Numbered from the stretch's first letter, positions 19,774-28,590 are shown. The stretch is 64,000 bases of DNA from Parcubacteria group bacterium M6-OD1-4 (GCA_003056205.1 LSNS01000004.1:124630-188629); one strand, 5' to 3'. The notes: generated by a model from the letters alone, not told the origin. Numbers and translations are program-made.

Positions 19774-21246
19774 ATGAAATATCAAAAAACGATCATTATC
19801 TTAATCTTGTTTTGTGCTAGTATATTTTGGCCACAATTCTCTCACGCTCAACAATTTATCGACCCTAGTTTTAACCCGAATAAAATTATTGAAAATCATA
19901 AACTGCTAGATTACAATTCCATGAATCTCCAAGATATTGAGAATTTCTTAATTAGCAAAGGAAGTTTCTTAATTAATTACACCGCCTTCAATATTAATGG
20001 CCAACGAGAATCAGCTGCAAAGATTATTTATGATGCAACTCATAATAATTATGATTGCAGTGGAGCTGTCTTTAATTCTTCGCCAACAATAGCAGAAAAA
20101 AACGCTCAATGTCGACGAATTACTACTGTTAATCCAAAATTAATTTTGACTCTTTTGCAAAAAGAACAGGGTTTAATAGAAGATACCAATCCTTCACCAA
20201 GACGCTTAGATTGGGCAACAGGTTATGCTTGCCCAGACCGTTTAGTGTGTAATCCCTATTTTAAAGGCTTTGGTAAACAAGTAAATAGCGCAGCCCTACA
20301 ATTTCTGGACTACATGAAACATCCCCAGCACTATAATTATCAAGCTGGTAGAGCCTACACTATTTACAATACTCGCAACCCCTATACGAGTCGCCACAGC
20401 ATGACCGTCATTCCCCAAAACCAAGCCACGGCAGCGCTCTATGACTATACTCCTCATATTTTCAATGGAAATTATAATTTCTATAAAATATGGCAACGCT
20501 ATTTTCCAGAGATTACTCGTTTTTATCCTGATGGCTCAATTTTAAAAGTTAAAAAAGATCCACGAATTTGGTTGATTGAAAATAAGCAAAAACATCTTTT
20601 TGCTAATTGGTCAGCATTTATTTCTCGCTTCAGTCCCCGACAAATTGTTCAAGTCTCTAATAGTGTTCTGGCTCGTTATCCCTTAGGGACTGGCATTAAA
20701 TTTGCTAACTACTCGGTGGTACAAACACCAGATAAAAAAATATTTTTATTAGTAGATAAAAAGAAACGACCCTTTGTCAGTGAAGAGGTCTTTAAGAAAA
20801 TCGGCTTTAATCCCGGTGAATTAGAATCAGCGACAATGAGTGATCTACAAGACTATCAAACTGCTTCACCAATTACTGCAAGTTCTAGTTATGTAACTGG
20901 CGCTCTACTTGAAAACAATAAAACCCACAAAATATATTATGTCCAAAATGAAACTCGGGCCCTGGTTGATAAGATTCTTCTCCCACTCAAGTTTCCTTAC
21001 CAAAAAATTATTAAAGTCAGTCCCCAAAAACTACAACAGTATGCCACTACCAGTCAGATTCTATTAAATGAAGGGACCTTAGTAAAAACCACTAGTTTTC
21101 CCACAGTTTATCTAATTTCTGATGGAAAAAAACGACCATTTGCTAATCCAGAGATTTTTGCTAAATTAGGATATAATTATGATAATGTCATCGCCGTTTC
21201 TTCGCAATTCCTCTATAATTATAATATGGGTCAACCCATTAAATAA
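19774..21246 (+). CDS. secreted protein: putative lysozyme-like N-terminal domain plus four ~55-aa C-terminal repeats
   Basis: Signal peptide; NPKLILTLLQKEQGLI, ATGYACPD, ATAALYDYTPH; repeats of G-x-L-V-K...VYLI..GKKRPF type. Confidence 0.6.
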   Translation: MKYQKTIIILILFCASIFWPQFSHAQQFIDPSFNPNKIIENHKLLDYNSMNLQDIENFLISKGSFLINYTAFNINGQRESAAKIIYDATHNNYDCSGAVFNSSPTIAEKNAQCRRITTVNPKLILTLLQKEQGLIEDTNPSPRRLDWATGYACPDRLVCNPYFKGFGKQVNSAALQFLDYMKHPQHYNYQAGRAYTIYNTRNPYTSRHSMTVIPQNQATAALYDYTPHIFNGNYNFYKIWQRYFPEITRFYPDGSILKVKKDPRIWLIENKQKHLFANWSAFISRFSPRQIVQVSNSVLARYPLGTGIKFANYSVVQTPDKKIFLLVDKKKRPFVSEEVFKKIGFNPGELESATMSDLQDYQTASPITASSSYVTGALLENNKTHKIYYVQNETRALVDKILLPLKFPYQKIIKVSPQKLQQYATTSQILLNEGTLVKTTSFPTVYLISDGKKRPFANPEIFAKLGYNYDNVIAVSSQFLYNYNMGQPIK

Positions 21247-21267
21247 TAGCTAAATATATTCAATTTT

Positions 21268-22080
21268 ATGGCTTTAATCACGAGTGCCTTACTACCTCAT
21301 TCCCCCCTACTAATTCCAGAAATTGGTCAGGCAAATTATAATTTTCTCCAGAAAACCACAGAGGCTTATCAGAAGATAGCTAATAAACTGATAGCAAATA
21401 AAATAGAAACTTTAATTATTATCAGCCCACACGGATCAGATTCGACAGATTTATTTAGTATCAATGTCGCTCCAGAAATGACTATTAACTTGCAAGATTT
21501 TGGTTTCATTCCTCCGAAAACTACTTTTGCTGGCGATGCTCTGTTAGCCGATCAAATACAAGAGATCTTGCGCTTAGATTATCCGCGGCAATTAATTTCT
21601 CAGAGTATTATTGACCATGGTAGTGCAATCCCGCTCTACTTACTGAAAGATGTTAATCCACAATTAAAAATAATTATTATTTCACCAGCTTCCAATTTAC
21701 CATTAGAAAAACAATTAGGTTTTGGAAAAAAAATACAAACTATTTTATTAGCTACTGAGAAAAATATTGGAGTAATCGCTTCAGGGGATTTATCTCACCG
21801 TTTACAAAAAACCTCTCCAGCTGGTTACTCGCCAAAAGGTGCAAAATTTGATAATAAATTAATTGAATATCTCAGTCAACCAGTAAGTGCCCGAGATAAC
21901 ATTTTAAAAATGGATCATAATTTAATTACTGATGCTCAAGAATGTGGATTGAAACCCTTGGTGGTATTGCTCGGAATCTTAGATGGTTTAGATTGGGATT
22001 CTCAAGTGCTAGCTTATCAAACTGACTTTGGTATTGGTTATTTAAGTATGGATTTTGAAATTAAGAATCATTCTCATTAG
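21268..22080 (+). CDS. Memo/LigB-like class III extradiol dioxygenase fold protein (AmmeMemoRadiSam protein B-like)
   Basis: PHSPLLIPEIG, ISPHG, DHG..PLY, ASGDLSH, ECG, FGIGY. Confidence 0.82.
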   Translation: MALITSALLPHSPLLIPEIGQANYNFLQKTTEAYQKIANKLIANKIETLIIISPHGSDSTDLFSINVAPEMTINLQDFGFIPPKTTFAGDALLADQIQEILRLDYPRQLISQSIIDHGSAIPLYLLKDVNPQLKIIIISPASNLPLEKQLGFGKKIQTILLATEKNIGVIASGDLSHRLQKTSPAGYSPKGAKFDNKLIEYLSQPVSARDNILKMDHNLITDAQECGLKPLVVLLGILDGLDWDSQVLAYQTDFGIGYLSMDFEIKNHSH

Positions 22081-22127
22081 AAACCTAATAAATTGAAATT
22101 TAGTTTTAAATATTAAACATAAAAACA

Positions 22128-22373
22128 ATGGATTCTCTCGCAGACATTCTCAAAAATAAAAAGACTATGAAAGCGCCAAGCTATCCTTGGCAAGATTTAG
22201 CCTTACAAGTTATCCAGGAATTAAATATCCCTAATTTTAAACGCAGCGCGGTCTTTAAAATTTGTAAAGAGCATTCTAGCCAAAATGTTAAATTAGCCCT
22301 CAATGATACCAAAGAATTATGTACCAGTGGACTAAAGTGGAAATACTTTTTTAAGATTATTGACCAAAAATAA
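22128..22373 (+). CDS. small hypothetical protein (possible DnaD C-terminal-like domain)
   Basis: 81-aa ORF in line with flanking genes; C-terminal KLALNDTKE...KWKYFFKII. Confidence 0.65.
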   Translation: MDSLADILKNKKTMKAPSYPWQDLALQVIQELNIPNFKRSAVFKICKEHSSQNVKLALNDTKELCTSGLKWKYFFKIIDQK

Positions 22374-22399
22374 TTATTATTTGAAAAATAAAAATATTT

Positions 22400-22876
22400 A
22401 TGCCCAAACAACTACCAATAATTATTAATCCCAATCCCCTTCTTAGAAAAAAATCTTTAGAAGTTTCTTTAGAAAAAATTAATAATCAAGAATTTCAGGA
22501 ATTACTACTAGATATTGAAGAAACCATGACTAAAAAAGATGGAGCTGGGCTAGCCGCTCCTCAGGTTGGAAAAAATATTCGGGCTTTAGCTATTCTTCAC
22601 GGAAAAAAAGTAGTTCTCATGATTAATCCCCAAATAACTAAAAAATCATGGGCAAGAAAGATTGATGAAGAAGGTTGTCTATCAGTTTTAGATGATAATG
22701 GAGAAATTATTTATGGTTTAGTGGAACGCCACAAGAAAATTAATTGTGTTTATTGGGATAAAACTGGTAAAAAGAAAAAAATAAAAGCCGAAAATATGCT
22801 GGCCAGGATAATCCAACATGAAATTGACCATCTAGATGGTATTCTATTTATTGATAAATTGGCAAAAAAGAAATAG
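22400..22876 (+). CDS. def: peptide deformylase
   Basis: GAGLAAPQ, EGCLS, QHEIDHLDG. Confidence 0.97.
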   Translation: MPKQLPIIINPNPLLRKKSLEVSLEKINNQEFQELLLDIEETMTKKDGAGLAAPQVGKNIRALAILHGKKVVLMINPQITKKSWARKIDEEGCLSVLDDNGEIIYGLVERHKKINCVYWDKTGKKKKIKAENMLARIIQHEIDHLDGILFIDKLAKKK

Positions 22877-22927
22877 AAAATATTGAATCTGATTTGGCTT
22901 TTTATCTTCTTGAAGATTATTCCTTAA

Positions 22928-23551
22928 TTAAAGGCGATACGGATGTTTTCTTTTTTTAATAATTTTCCAAACTAACCAGGCTATTCCGAGAAGAAGAAAA
23001 ATACCCGAAATTTCTTGATAATATTTAGTGAGAAGAACTTGATTAGTGCCAATAAAATAACCTAAAGCCGCTAAGATACTTACCCAAATAGTTGATCCTG
23101 CTAAAGTTAAGAAAATAAAACGTCCCACGGGCATTTTAGAAAAACCGGCTGGTAAAGATACCAATTGGCGAATAACTGGAACTAAACGTCCCAAAAAAGT
23201 AGCTGAATTAGCATTCTCCAAAAAATATTTTTCTGCTCGTTCTATCTTTTCTGGGTTAAGCATTAAAAATTTTGCTCCAGGTTGGGCAGCGAAACGATAA
23301 ATTGCCGGGCGACCAAGATAATAAGCTAAAACATAATTTATCATCGCTCCTAATAAACTTCCCAAAACACCAATAATAATAATTAACCAAATATTCATTT
23401 TTCCTTGACTAGCTAAATAAGCAGCCGGGGGAATAATAATTTCTGACGGAAAAGGTATAAAAGAACTTTCGACCGCCATTAAAATACCTAAACCGCTATA
23501 ACCTAAGTTCTGGGTAATACTTAGAGCCCAAATAAAGAAAGATTCTAACAT
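22928..23551 (-). CDS. DedA family membrane protein
   Basis: ESSFIPFPSE, GRLVPVIRQLVSLPAG. Confidence 0.92.
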   Translation of the reverse strand: MLESFFIWALSITQNLGYSGLGILMAVESSFIPFPSEIIIPPAAYLASQGKMNIWLIIIIGVLGSLLGAMINYVLAYYLGRPAIYRFAAQPGAKFLMLNPEKIERAEKYFLENANSATFLGRLVPVIRQLVSLPAGFSKMPVGRFIFLTLAGSTIWVSILAALGYFIGTNQVLLTKYYQEISGIFLLLGIAWLVWKIIKKRKHPYRL

Positions 23552-23615
23552 GATGAGAAAATAAAATTTACAACTAAAACTAAAACTAATTACAATATAT
23601 CATTGATTACTGCTT

Positions 23616-24566
23616 ATGCCAATAATTTCTAAACAAAAAATTCGTTTGTTACTAATGGGAACTCCTGATTTTTCTTTAGCGGGTTTTCAATCTTTAATTG
23701 ATAATTCCCATTTTGAAATTGTCGGAGTTTTTACTCAGCTGGACAAAAAAATTGGTCGCCAACAAATTTTAACTCCACCACCTGTTAAAAAATGGGCTCT
23801 TCAGAATAATTTAACAGTGTTTCAACCTCAAAAATTAAAGTTAGAAATAAATACTATCCAAAATCTTCAAGTAGATTTAATAGTAGTGATTGCCTATGGT
23901 AAAATAATTCCTCAAGAAATTCTGGATATTCCTCGCTGGGGCTGTTTGAATGTTCATGCTTCTCTCTTGCCTAAATATCGTGGTGCGGCCTGTTTAAATG
24001 CTCCAATTCTTAACGGTGATTCAGAAACTGGAATAACAATCATGAAAATTGATGCTGGTCTTGACACTGGACCAATTTTACGGCAAGCTAAAATACAATT
24101 GACTGGTCAAGAAACTTTAAAAGACGTTCATGATAAATTGTCAGAATTAGGAGCAAAATTATTAGTTCCTGCTATACAAGATTTTATTTCAGGAAAAATT
24201 AAAGCTCACAAACAAAATGAAAATCAAGCAACTTATGTCAAAATGATTAACAAAGAAGACGGGCGAATTAATTGGCATCAATCTGCCCTAGAAATTGAAA
24301 GAATGATTCGCGCTTATTACCCTTGGCCAGGAACCTATTCAGAAAACAGCTCTAAGATATTAAAAATAATTGAAGTTCAAAATAAAATATTAAAGATAAA
24401 TAATTATCAAATAGGAGAAATTTTCCAAGATGATCAAAAATTAGCAATACAAACTGGTCAAGATGCTTTAATAATTCTGAAATTACAAGAATCGGGGAAA
24501 AAAGCAATGAGTGCTCAAGATTTTTTAAGTGGACACCAAAATATAATTGGCACAATTTTAAAATAA
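23616..24566 (+). CDS. fmt: methionyl-tRNA formyltransferase
   Basis: MGTPDF, AYGKI, NVHASLLPKYRGA, LDTGPI, IRAYYPWPG. Confidence 0.96.
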   Translation: MPIISKQKIRLLLMGTPDFSLAGFQSLIDNSHFEIVGVFTQLDKKIGRQQILTPPPVKKWALQNNLTVFQPQKLKLEINTIQNLQVDLIVVIAYGKIIPQEILDIPRWGCLNVHASLLPKYRGAACLNAPILNGDSETGITIMKIDAGLDTGPILRQAKIQLTGQETLKDVHDKLSELGAKLLVPAIQDFISGKIKAHKQNENQATYVKMINKEDGRINWHQSALEIERMIRAYYPWPGTYSENSSKILKIIEVQNKILKINNYQIGEIFQDDQKLAIQTGQDALIILKLQESGKKAMSAQDFLSGHQNIIGTILK

Positions 24567-24573
24567 AGATTAA

Positions 24574-24645
24574 GGCCCTTTCGTCTATCGGCTAGGACGC
24601 CAGGTTCTCATCCTGGTAAGACGGGTTCGACTCCCGTAGGGGCTA
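24574..24645 (+). tRNA. tRNA-Glu(CTC), CCA not encoded
   Basis: Cloverleaf: GGCCCTT/AGGGGCT acceptor, CCAGG-TTCTCAT-CCTGG anticodon arm, ACGGG-TTCGACT-CCCGT T arm. Confidence 0.95.
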
Positions 24646-24664
24646 CTTCGAAATAAGAGGATTA

Positions 24665-24691
24665 AAAAAATCGCTTCCCGAGCGATTTTTT
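24665..24691 (+). terminator. intrinsic terminator after tRNA-Glu
   Basis: AAAAAATCGCT-TCCCG-AGCGATTTTTT. Confidence 0.8.
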
Positions 24692-24812
24692 GTTAAAATG
24701 GAAGGATGGATAATAAAAAATTTTGGCGAAAAATAATGGGATTGTCCCGGGATTAATTAAAGAAGTATTAAGTAATTAAGCTTCCAGATTTTTAAAAAAA
24801 TAGAAGTTAATT

Positions 24813-24854
24813 GAAAATAAAAAGGAAGTCTAATATTTTTATTTTGACTTCCTT
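24813..24854 (-). terminator. probable terminator of the 24871-25227 gene
   Basis: AAGGAAGTC...GACTTCCTT inverted repeat with minus-strand T-rich tail. Confidence 0.55.
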
Positions 24855-24870
24855 AAATAATAATTCCTTT

Positions 24871-25227
24871 TTAAAATTTGTGGCATTTTATATTTGCTTC
24901 CCGAACTCCTAAAAAATAGAAGACAATTGAAAACAAATAGTTTATTATCAAAGCCGAACCAATAGTCCAGTTTAAATAACAAAAGTGAAAACCATAGAAC
25001 AAGACGAAGGCAATTACGCTGACGGCAATTAATATTCCGACAAACATCGCCAAGAAGAGATAAATTTTCGAGAATCCATTATTTTCATAATTGTTTTTAC
25101 GAATTCCCAATGTATAAGCCAAAATGCTTGGTCCTAATATTGGCACAAAACTAAAAATAAAAAATAAAGCGGTCAGAGACATGCCCGTCAGTGTGACGGA
25201 AGAAATTTTATCAGAATTTTTTTTCAT
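24871..25227 (-). CDS. hypothetical small membrane protein (~118 aa, 3-4 TM)
   Basis: ATG at 25227 preceded by AGGAGA SD; hydrophobic helices. Confidence 0.65.
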   Translation of the reverse strand: MKKNSDKISSVTLTGMSLTALFFIFSFVPILGPSILAYTLGIRKNNYENNGFSKIYLFLAMFVGILIAVSVIAFVLFYGFHFCYLNWTIGSALIINYLFSIVFYFLGVREANIKCHKF

Positions 25228-25254
25228 GTTTTTTTCTCCTATATTTAGAATAAC

Positions 25255-25312
25255 AATTAGATTAATTATTAATCTCACCTATAATTAGATGAAGTTAATA
25301 ATTAATCTAATT
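25255..25312. repeat. 18-bp perfect inverted repeat (long hairpin)
   Basis: AATTAGATTAATTATTAA-22nt-TTAATAATTAATCTAATT; the spacer also partly self-pairs. Confidence 0.85.
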
Positions 25313-25475
25313 AATTTTAAAGGACTGGTGTAACGATTTAAATATAATATAACACAATATAATATTTCAGTCAATGGCGATTTAAAAGTTATCTTGAAAA
25401 GCTAAATTGAAATATATTTATTATTTATTAAAGCTCTTCAACAACTGCTGAAGATCTAGAAGATCATATTAACTG

Positions 25476-26381
25476 TTAATTACAATGCTCACATTCCAAT
25501 TCCGCCTCTTCCGACTCTTTTTGAGAAACGATTTGCAAGGTCTGATGATGAATATTATATTTTTCTTTTAGCATTTCTTGAATTTTTTTCAATAGTTTGG
25601 CACGCTGGTCACTGTTTATCTCTTGCGTCACTACATGAGCACTAAGAAAATAATCATTGGAACTTGTTTGCCAAACATGTAAATCATTAACATTTTTAAT
25701 TTCTGGAAATGCTACTAAACTATTTTTTATTTTCTGAAAATCTAAATTTTCCGGAACCGCGTCTAACAACATATTGGTAGATTCAAATAATATTTCGTAA
25801 ACTTCTTTTAACAAAAAAACGGAAACCGCAATTGAAGCCAGGGGATCAACCCAATTCCAACCGGTATAATGAATAATGATTGCCGCCGCTACTACTCCGA
25901 GAGAAAATAAAGCATCCTGTTTAGAATGTAACCAAGCACTTTTTAAATTTAAATTTTGATGAGCTCCCACGTGTAATAGATAGCTCGCTAGAGTATTGCC
26001 GAGAAGTGAAATAACAGCAACCACAAACATAATGGACCCAATCACGGGTTGAGGATGGAAAATTCTAATAACTGATTCAATTAGTATCCAACCACTAATT
26101 CCTAAGAGGACTCCACCGTTGATAAAGGCAATAATTACTTCCGCTCGTTTATAACCATAAGTTTTATTTTCAGTACGAGGCTTTTTTACTAATTTTTCAC
26201 CCCAGAGACTAAGAACCATGGAGCCAATATCAGTAAAATTGTGTAAAGCCTCCGATATGAGAGCCATACTTCTAGCTATAATACCAAAAACAACTTCCAC
26301 CACTACAATGATAATATTAATAGTGATGGACCAAATAAGATTTTTTGAAGTAGTGGCTGGAGAGTGATGATGTTCAGACAT
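25476..26381 (-). CDS. cation diffusion facilitator metal efflux transporter (CzcD/ZitB-like)
   Basis: EALHNFTD and LHSKQD transport-site motifs, TYGYKRAE, DLHVW, His-rich N-terminus. Confidence 0.93.
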   Translation of the reverse strand: MSEHHHSPATTSKNLIWSITINIIIVVVEVVFGIIARSMALISEALHNFTDIGSMVLSLWGEKLVKKPRTENKTYGYKRAEVIIAFINGGVLLGISGWILIESVIRIFHPQPVIGSIMFVVAVISLLGNTLASYLLHVGAHQNLNLKSAWLHSKQDALFSLGVVAAAIIIHYTGWNWVDPLASIAVSVFLLKEVYEILFESTNMLLDAVPENLDFQKIKNSLVAFPEIKNVNDLHVWQTSSNDYFLSAHVVTQEINSDQRAKLLKKIQEMLKEKYNIHHQTLQIVSQKESEEAELECEHCN

Positions 26382-26504
26382 GATGATTGGTCTTGATTTC
26401 TTTTATAATGTATATATAATAACAAAGATAATATAAATATTATAGTATGTAGCAGTAATAATCATTACCATTAGCGACGAGGTTTCCATTTCGACTGTAA
26501 AGCC

Positions 26505-26533
26505 TTGTCAAAAATAAAATCTTTTGTTATTAT
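26505..26533 (+). promoter_or_regulatory. sigma70 promoter of the tRNA-Lys/Thr pair
   Basis: TTGTCA-17bp-TATTAT with extended TG, 14 nt before the tRNA. Confidence 0.6.
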
Positions 26534-26546
26534 CAGACTTGTAATT

Positions 26547-26622
26547 GCGCCTATAGCTCAGTTGGTAGAGCAGCAGCCTTTTAAGCTGATGGTCGCTGGT
26601 TCGAATCCAGCTGGGCGCACCA
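26547..26622 (+). tRNA. tRNA-Lys(TTT), CCA encoded
   Basis: GCGCCTA/TGGGCGC acceptor, CT-TTT-AA loop, GCTGG-TTCGAAT-CCAGC, ends ACCA. Confidence 0.96.
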
Positions 26623-26644
26623 TCGAAAACTAATGTTTAATTAT

Positions 26645-26717
26645 GCCGACTTAGCTCAGCTGGTAGAGCAGCTGTTTTGTAAACAGCAGGTCGTCGGTCC
26701 GAGCCCGACAGTCGGCT
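26645..26717 (+). tRNA. tRNA-Thr(TGT) with non-canonical T-loop
   Basis: GCCGACT/AGTCGGC acceptor, GCTGT-TTTGTAA-ACAGC, T-loop TCCGAGC. Confidence 0.93.
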
Positions 26718-26721
26718 CCCA

Positions 26722-26752
26722 AAAAAACTGCTTATTATTTAAGCAGTTTTTT
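26722..26752 (+). terminator. intrinsic terminator after tRNA-Thr
   Basis: AAAAAACTGCTTA-TTATT-TAAGCAGTTTTTT. Confidence 0.85.
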
Positions 26753-26809
26753 AAATAAAGGAGGGGGATAAATTGCTAATAAACTGTGTCCAAAAAATAA
26801 GATCGCGAC

Positions 26810-26838
26810 TTGAAAAATGAAGCAATATAAGTTAAAAT
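26810..26838 (+). promoter_or_regulatory. sigma70 promoter for dnaB
   Basis: TTGAAA-17bp-TAAAAT. Confidence 0.5.
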
Positions 26839-26887
26839 AATAACATCATAAAATTTATTTAAAAAATTTATTTAAAATTTCTAAAAT

Positions 26888-28288
26888 ATGGATGTGAATG
26901 AAAAAAACTTGATAGCTAAAGTTCCTCCGCATAGTTTAGAAGCGGAAGAGTCATTGTTGGGATCACTCTTGATAGATAAAGACGCTATTATTAAAATAGC
27001 GGACACGGTTATGCCTCAGGATTTCTATCAAGATCGTCATCAAATTATCTATAATGCTATTAAAGAGCTCTACGGTAACCAAGAACCAATTGATATTATT
27101 ACGCTAGCGAGTCGTTTAGAAGATAAAAAAAAATTAAAAGTTATTGGTGGACGTTCTTATTTAGCCCAACTTTCTAATACTGTAGCGACTTCTGGAAATA
27201 TCAGCAATTATGCCAATATCATCCAGCGAAAAGCAACCTTACGCCGTCTACAACAGGCAGCAGCTGAAATCTCTGCCTTAAGTTTTGACGAAGAACAAGA
27301 AATTGATAAAGTTTTAGATGAGACTGAAAAGAAGATTTTCGGTGTCTCTCGTAAATATTTAAAGAATGCTTTCCTGCCAATTGATAATTTATTAACCGCT
27401 GCTTTTGACCGTATCGATGAACTACACCGTCATAGCGGAAAACTTCGAGGATTATCAACTGGTTTCCAAGATTTAGATCATTTATTAGCGGGTTTACAAA
27501 AATCGGATTTAATAATTCTCGCTGCTCGTCCCTCTGTGGGAAAAACTTCTCTCGCCATGGATATTGCCCGTCAAGCGGCTATCAAGAGCAAAGAAGGAGT
27601 CGGAATATTTTCTCTAGAAATGAGTAAAGAGCAATTAGTGGACCGCATGCTTTGTGCCCAAGCTAATGTTAGTCTATGGAAAATGCGTACTGGTAATTTA
27701 TCAGATAAAGAAGAAGATAACGATTTCGCGCGGATTGGTGAAGCCATGGGTAAATTAGCTGAAGCACCAATTTATATTGATGATTCTGGAACTCTATCAA
27801 TTATGGAAATTCGTGCCAAAGCCCGTCGCTTGCAGATGGAAAAAGGTCTGGGTTTAATTGTTATTGACTACTTACAATTGATGGAAGGTCGTGGAAAATA
27901 TGGTGATAATCGTGTTCAAGAAATAGCCGAAATTAGTCGAGGTTTGAAAGCAATTGCCCGCGAGTTAAACATCCCCATTCTGGCTTTAGCCCAATTATCT
28001 CGGGCGGTAGAATTAACCCGTCCAGCCATTCCTAAACTATCTCATCTGCGTGATTCTGGCTCTATTGAACAGGACGCTGATGTTGTGATGTTTATTTATC
28101 GTAAAGCGGCTGATCGCGGTTATGACCCCGATGATTTGAATCCTGATGAACGTCATAAAGCGGAAATTTATATTGCCAAACATCGTAATGGCCCAACGGG
28201 AAAAGTCAATCTATTTTTTGATGAAAATACGGTTAGTTTTAAAGCTCTCGCTAAAAATATTAACGAAGAAGAGGCTCTCAAATCTTAA
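26888..28288 (+). CDS. dnaB: replicative DNA helicase
   Basis: PPHSLEAE, AARPSVGKT, FSLEMS, IDYLQLM, LRDSGSIEQDAD, KHRNGPTG; no intein evident. Confidence 0.97.
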   Translation: MDVNEKNLIAKVPPHSLEAEESLLGSLLIDKDAIIKIADTVMPQDFYQDRHQIIYNAIKELYGNQEPIDIITLASRLEDKKKLKVIGGRSYLAQLSNTVATSGNISNYANIIQRKATLRRLQQAAAEISALSFDEEQEIDKVLDETEKKIFGVSRKYLKNAFLPIDNLLTAAFDRIDELHRHSGKLRGLSTGFQDLDHLLAGLQKSDLIILAARPSVGKTSLAMDIARQAAIKSKEGVGIFSLEMSKEQLVDRMLCAQANVSLWKMRTGNLSDKEEDNDFARIGEAMGKLAEAPIYIDDSGTLSIMEIRAKARRLQMEKGLGLIVIDYLQLMEGRGKYGDNRVQEIAEISRGLKAIARELNIPILALAQLSRAVELTRPAIPKLSHLRDSGSIEQDADVVMFIYRKAADRGYDPDDLNPDERHKAEIYIAKHRNGPTGKVNLFFDENTVSFKALAKNINEEEALKS

Positions 28289-28314
28289 ATTTAAAAAATT
28301 AATAAATAAAAAAT

Positions 28315-28590
28315 ATGTTCAGTAAATTAAAACAATTCAAAGACTTACGTAGCCAAGCGAAAACCATGCAAAACGTTTTAGCTGAAGAAACCATTACCGA
28401 AGAAAAAAATGGTGTTAAAATTGTTCTCAATGGTAATATGGAAATTTTAGAATTAAAATTAAGCGATCAGCTTAATAAAAGTGCTCAAGAAGAAGCAGTA
28501 AAGTCTTGTTTTTCGAGCGCCTTAAAACGAACCCAAAGACTAATGGCTAAAAAACTACAAGATATGGGTGGTATTCCTGGGATGAACTAA
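28315..28590 (+). CDS. ybaB: YbaB/EbfC nucleoid-associated protein
   Basis: 91 aa, AK.MQ..L, GVKIVLNG, GG.PG tail; immediately upstream of recR. Confidence 0.85.
   Translation: MFSKLKQFKDLRSQAKTMQNVLAEETITEEKNGVKIVLNGNMEILELKLSDQLNKSAQEEAVKSCFSSALKRTQRLMAKKLQDMGGIPGMN

Noticed and set aside
10377..20496. Short antisense ORFs inside the beta-propeller, wecA-like, Clp-like, clpB and 19774 genes
   Set aside because: Lie wholly opposite well-supported genes, no motifs; typical antisense open frames
24626..26546. Prophage or integrative element at tRNA-Glu
   Set aside because: No integrase and no duplicated tRNA 3' end (att) seen
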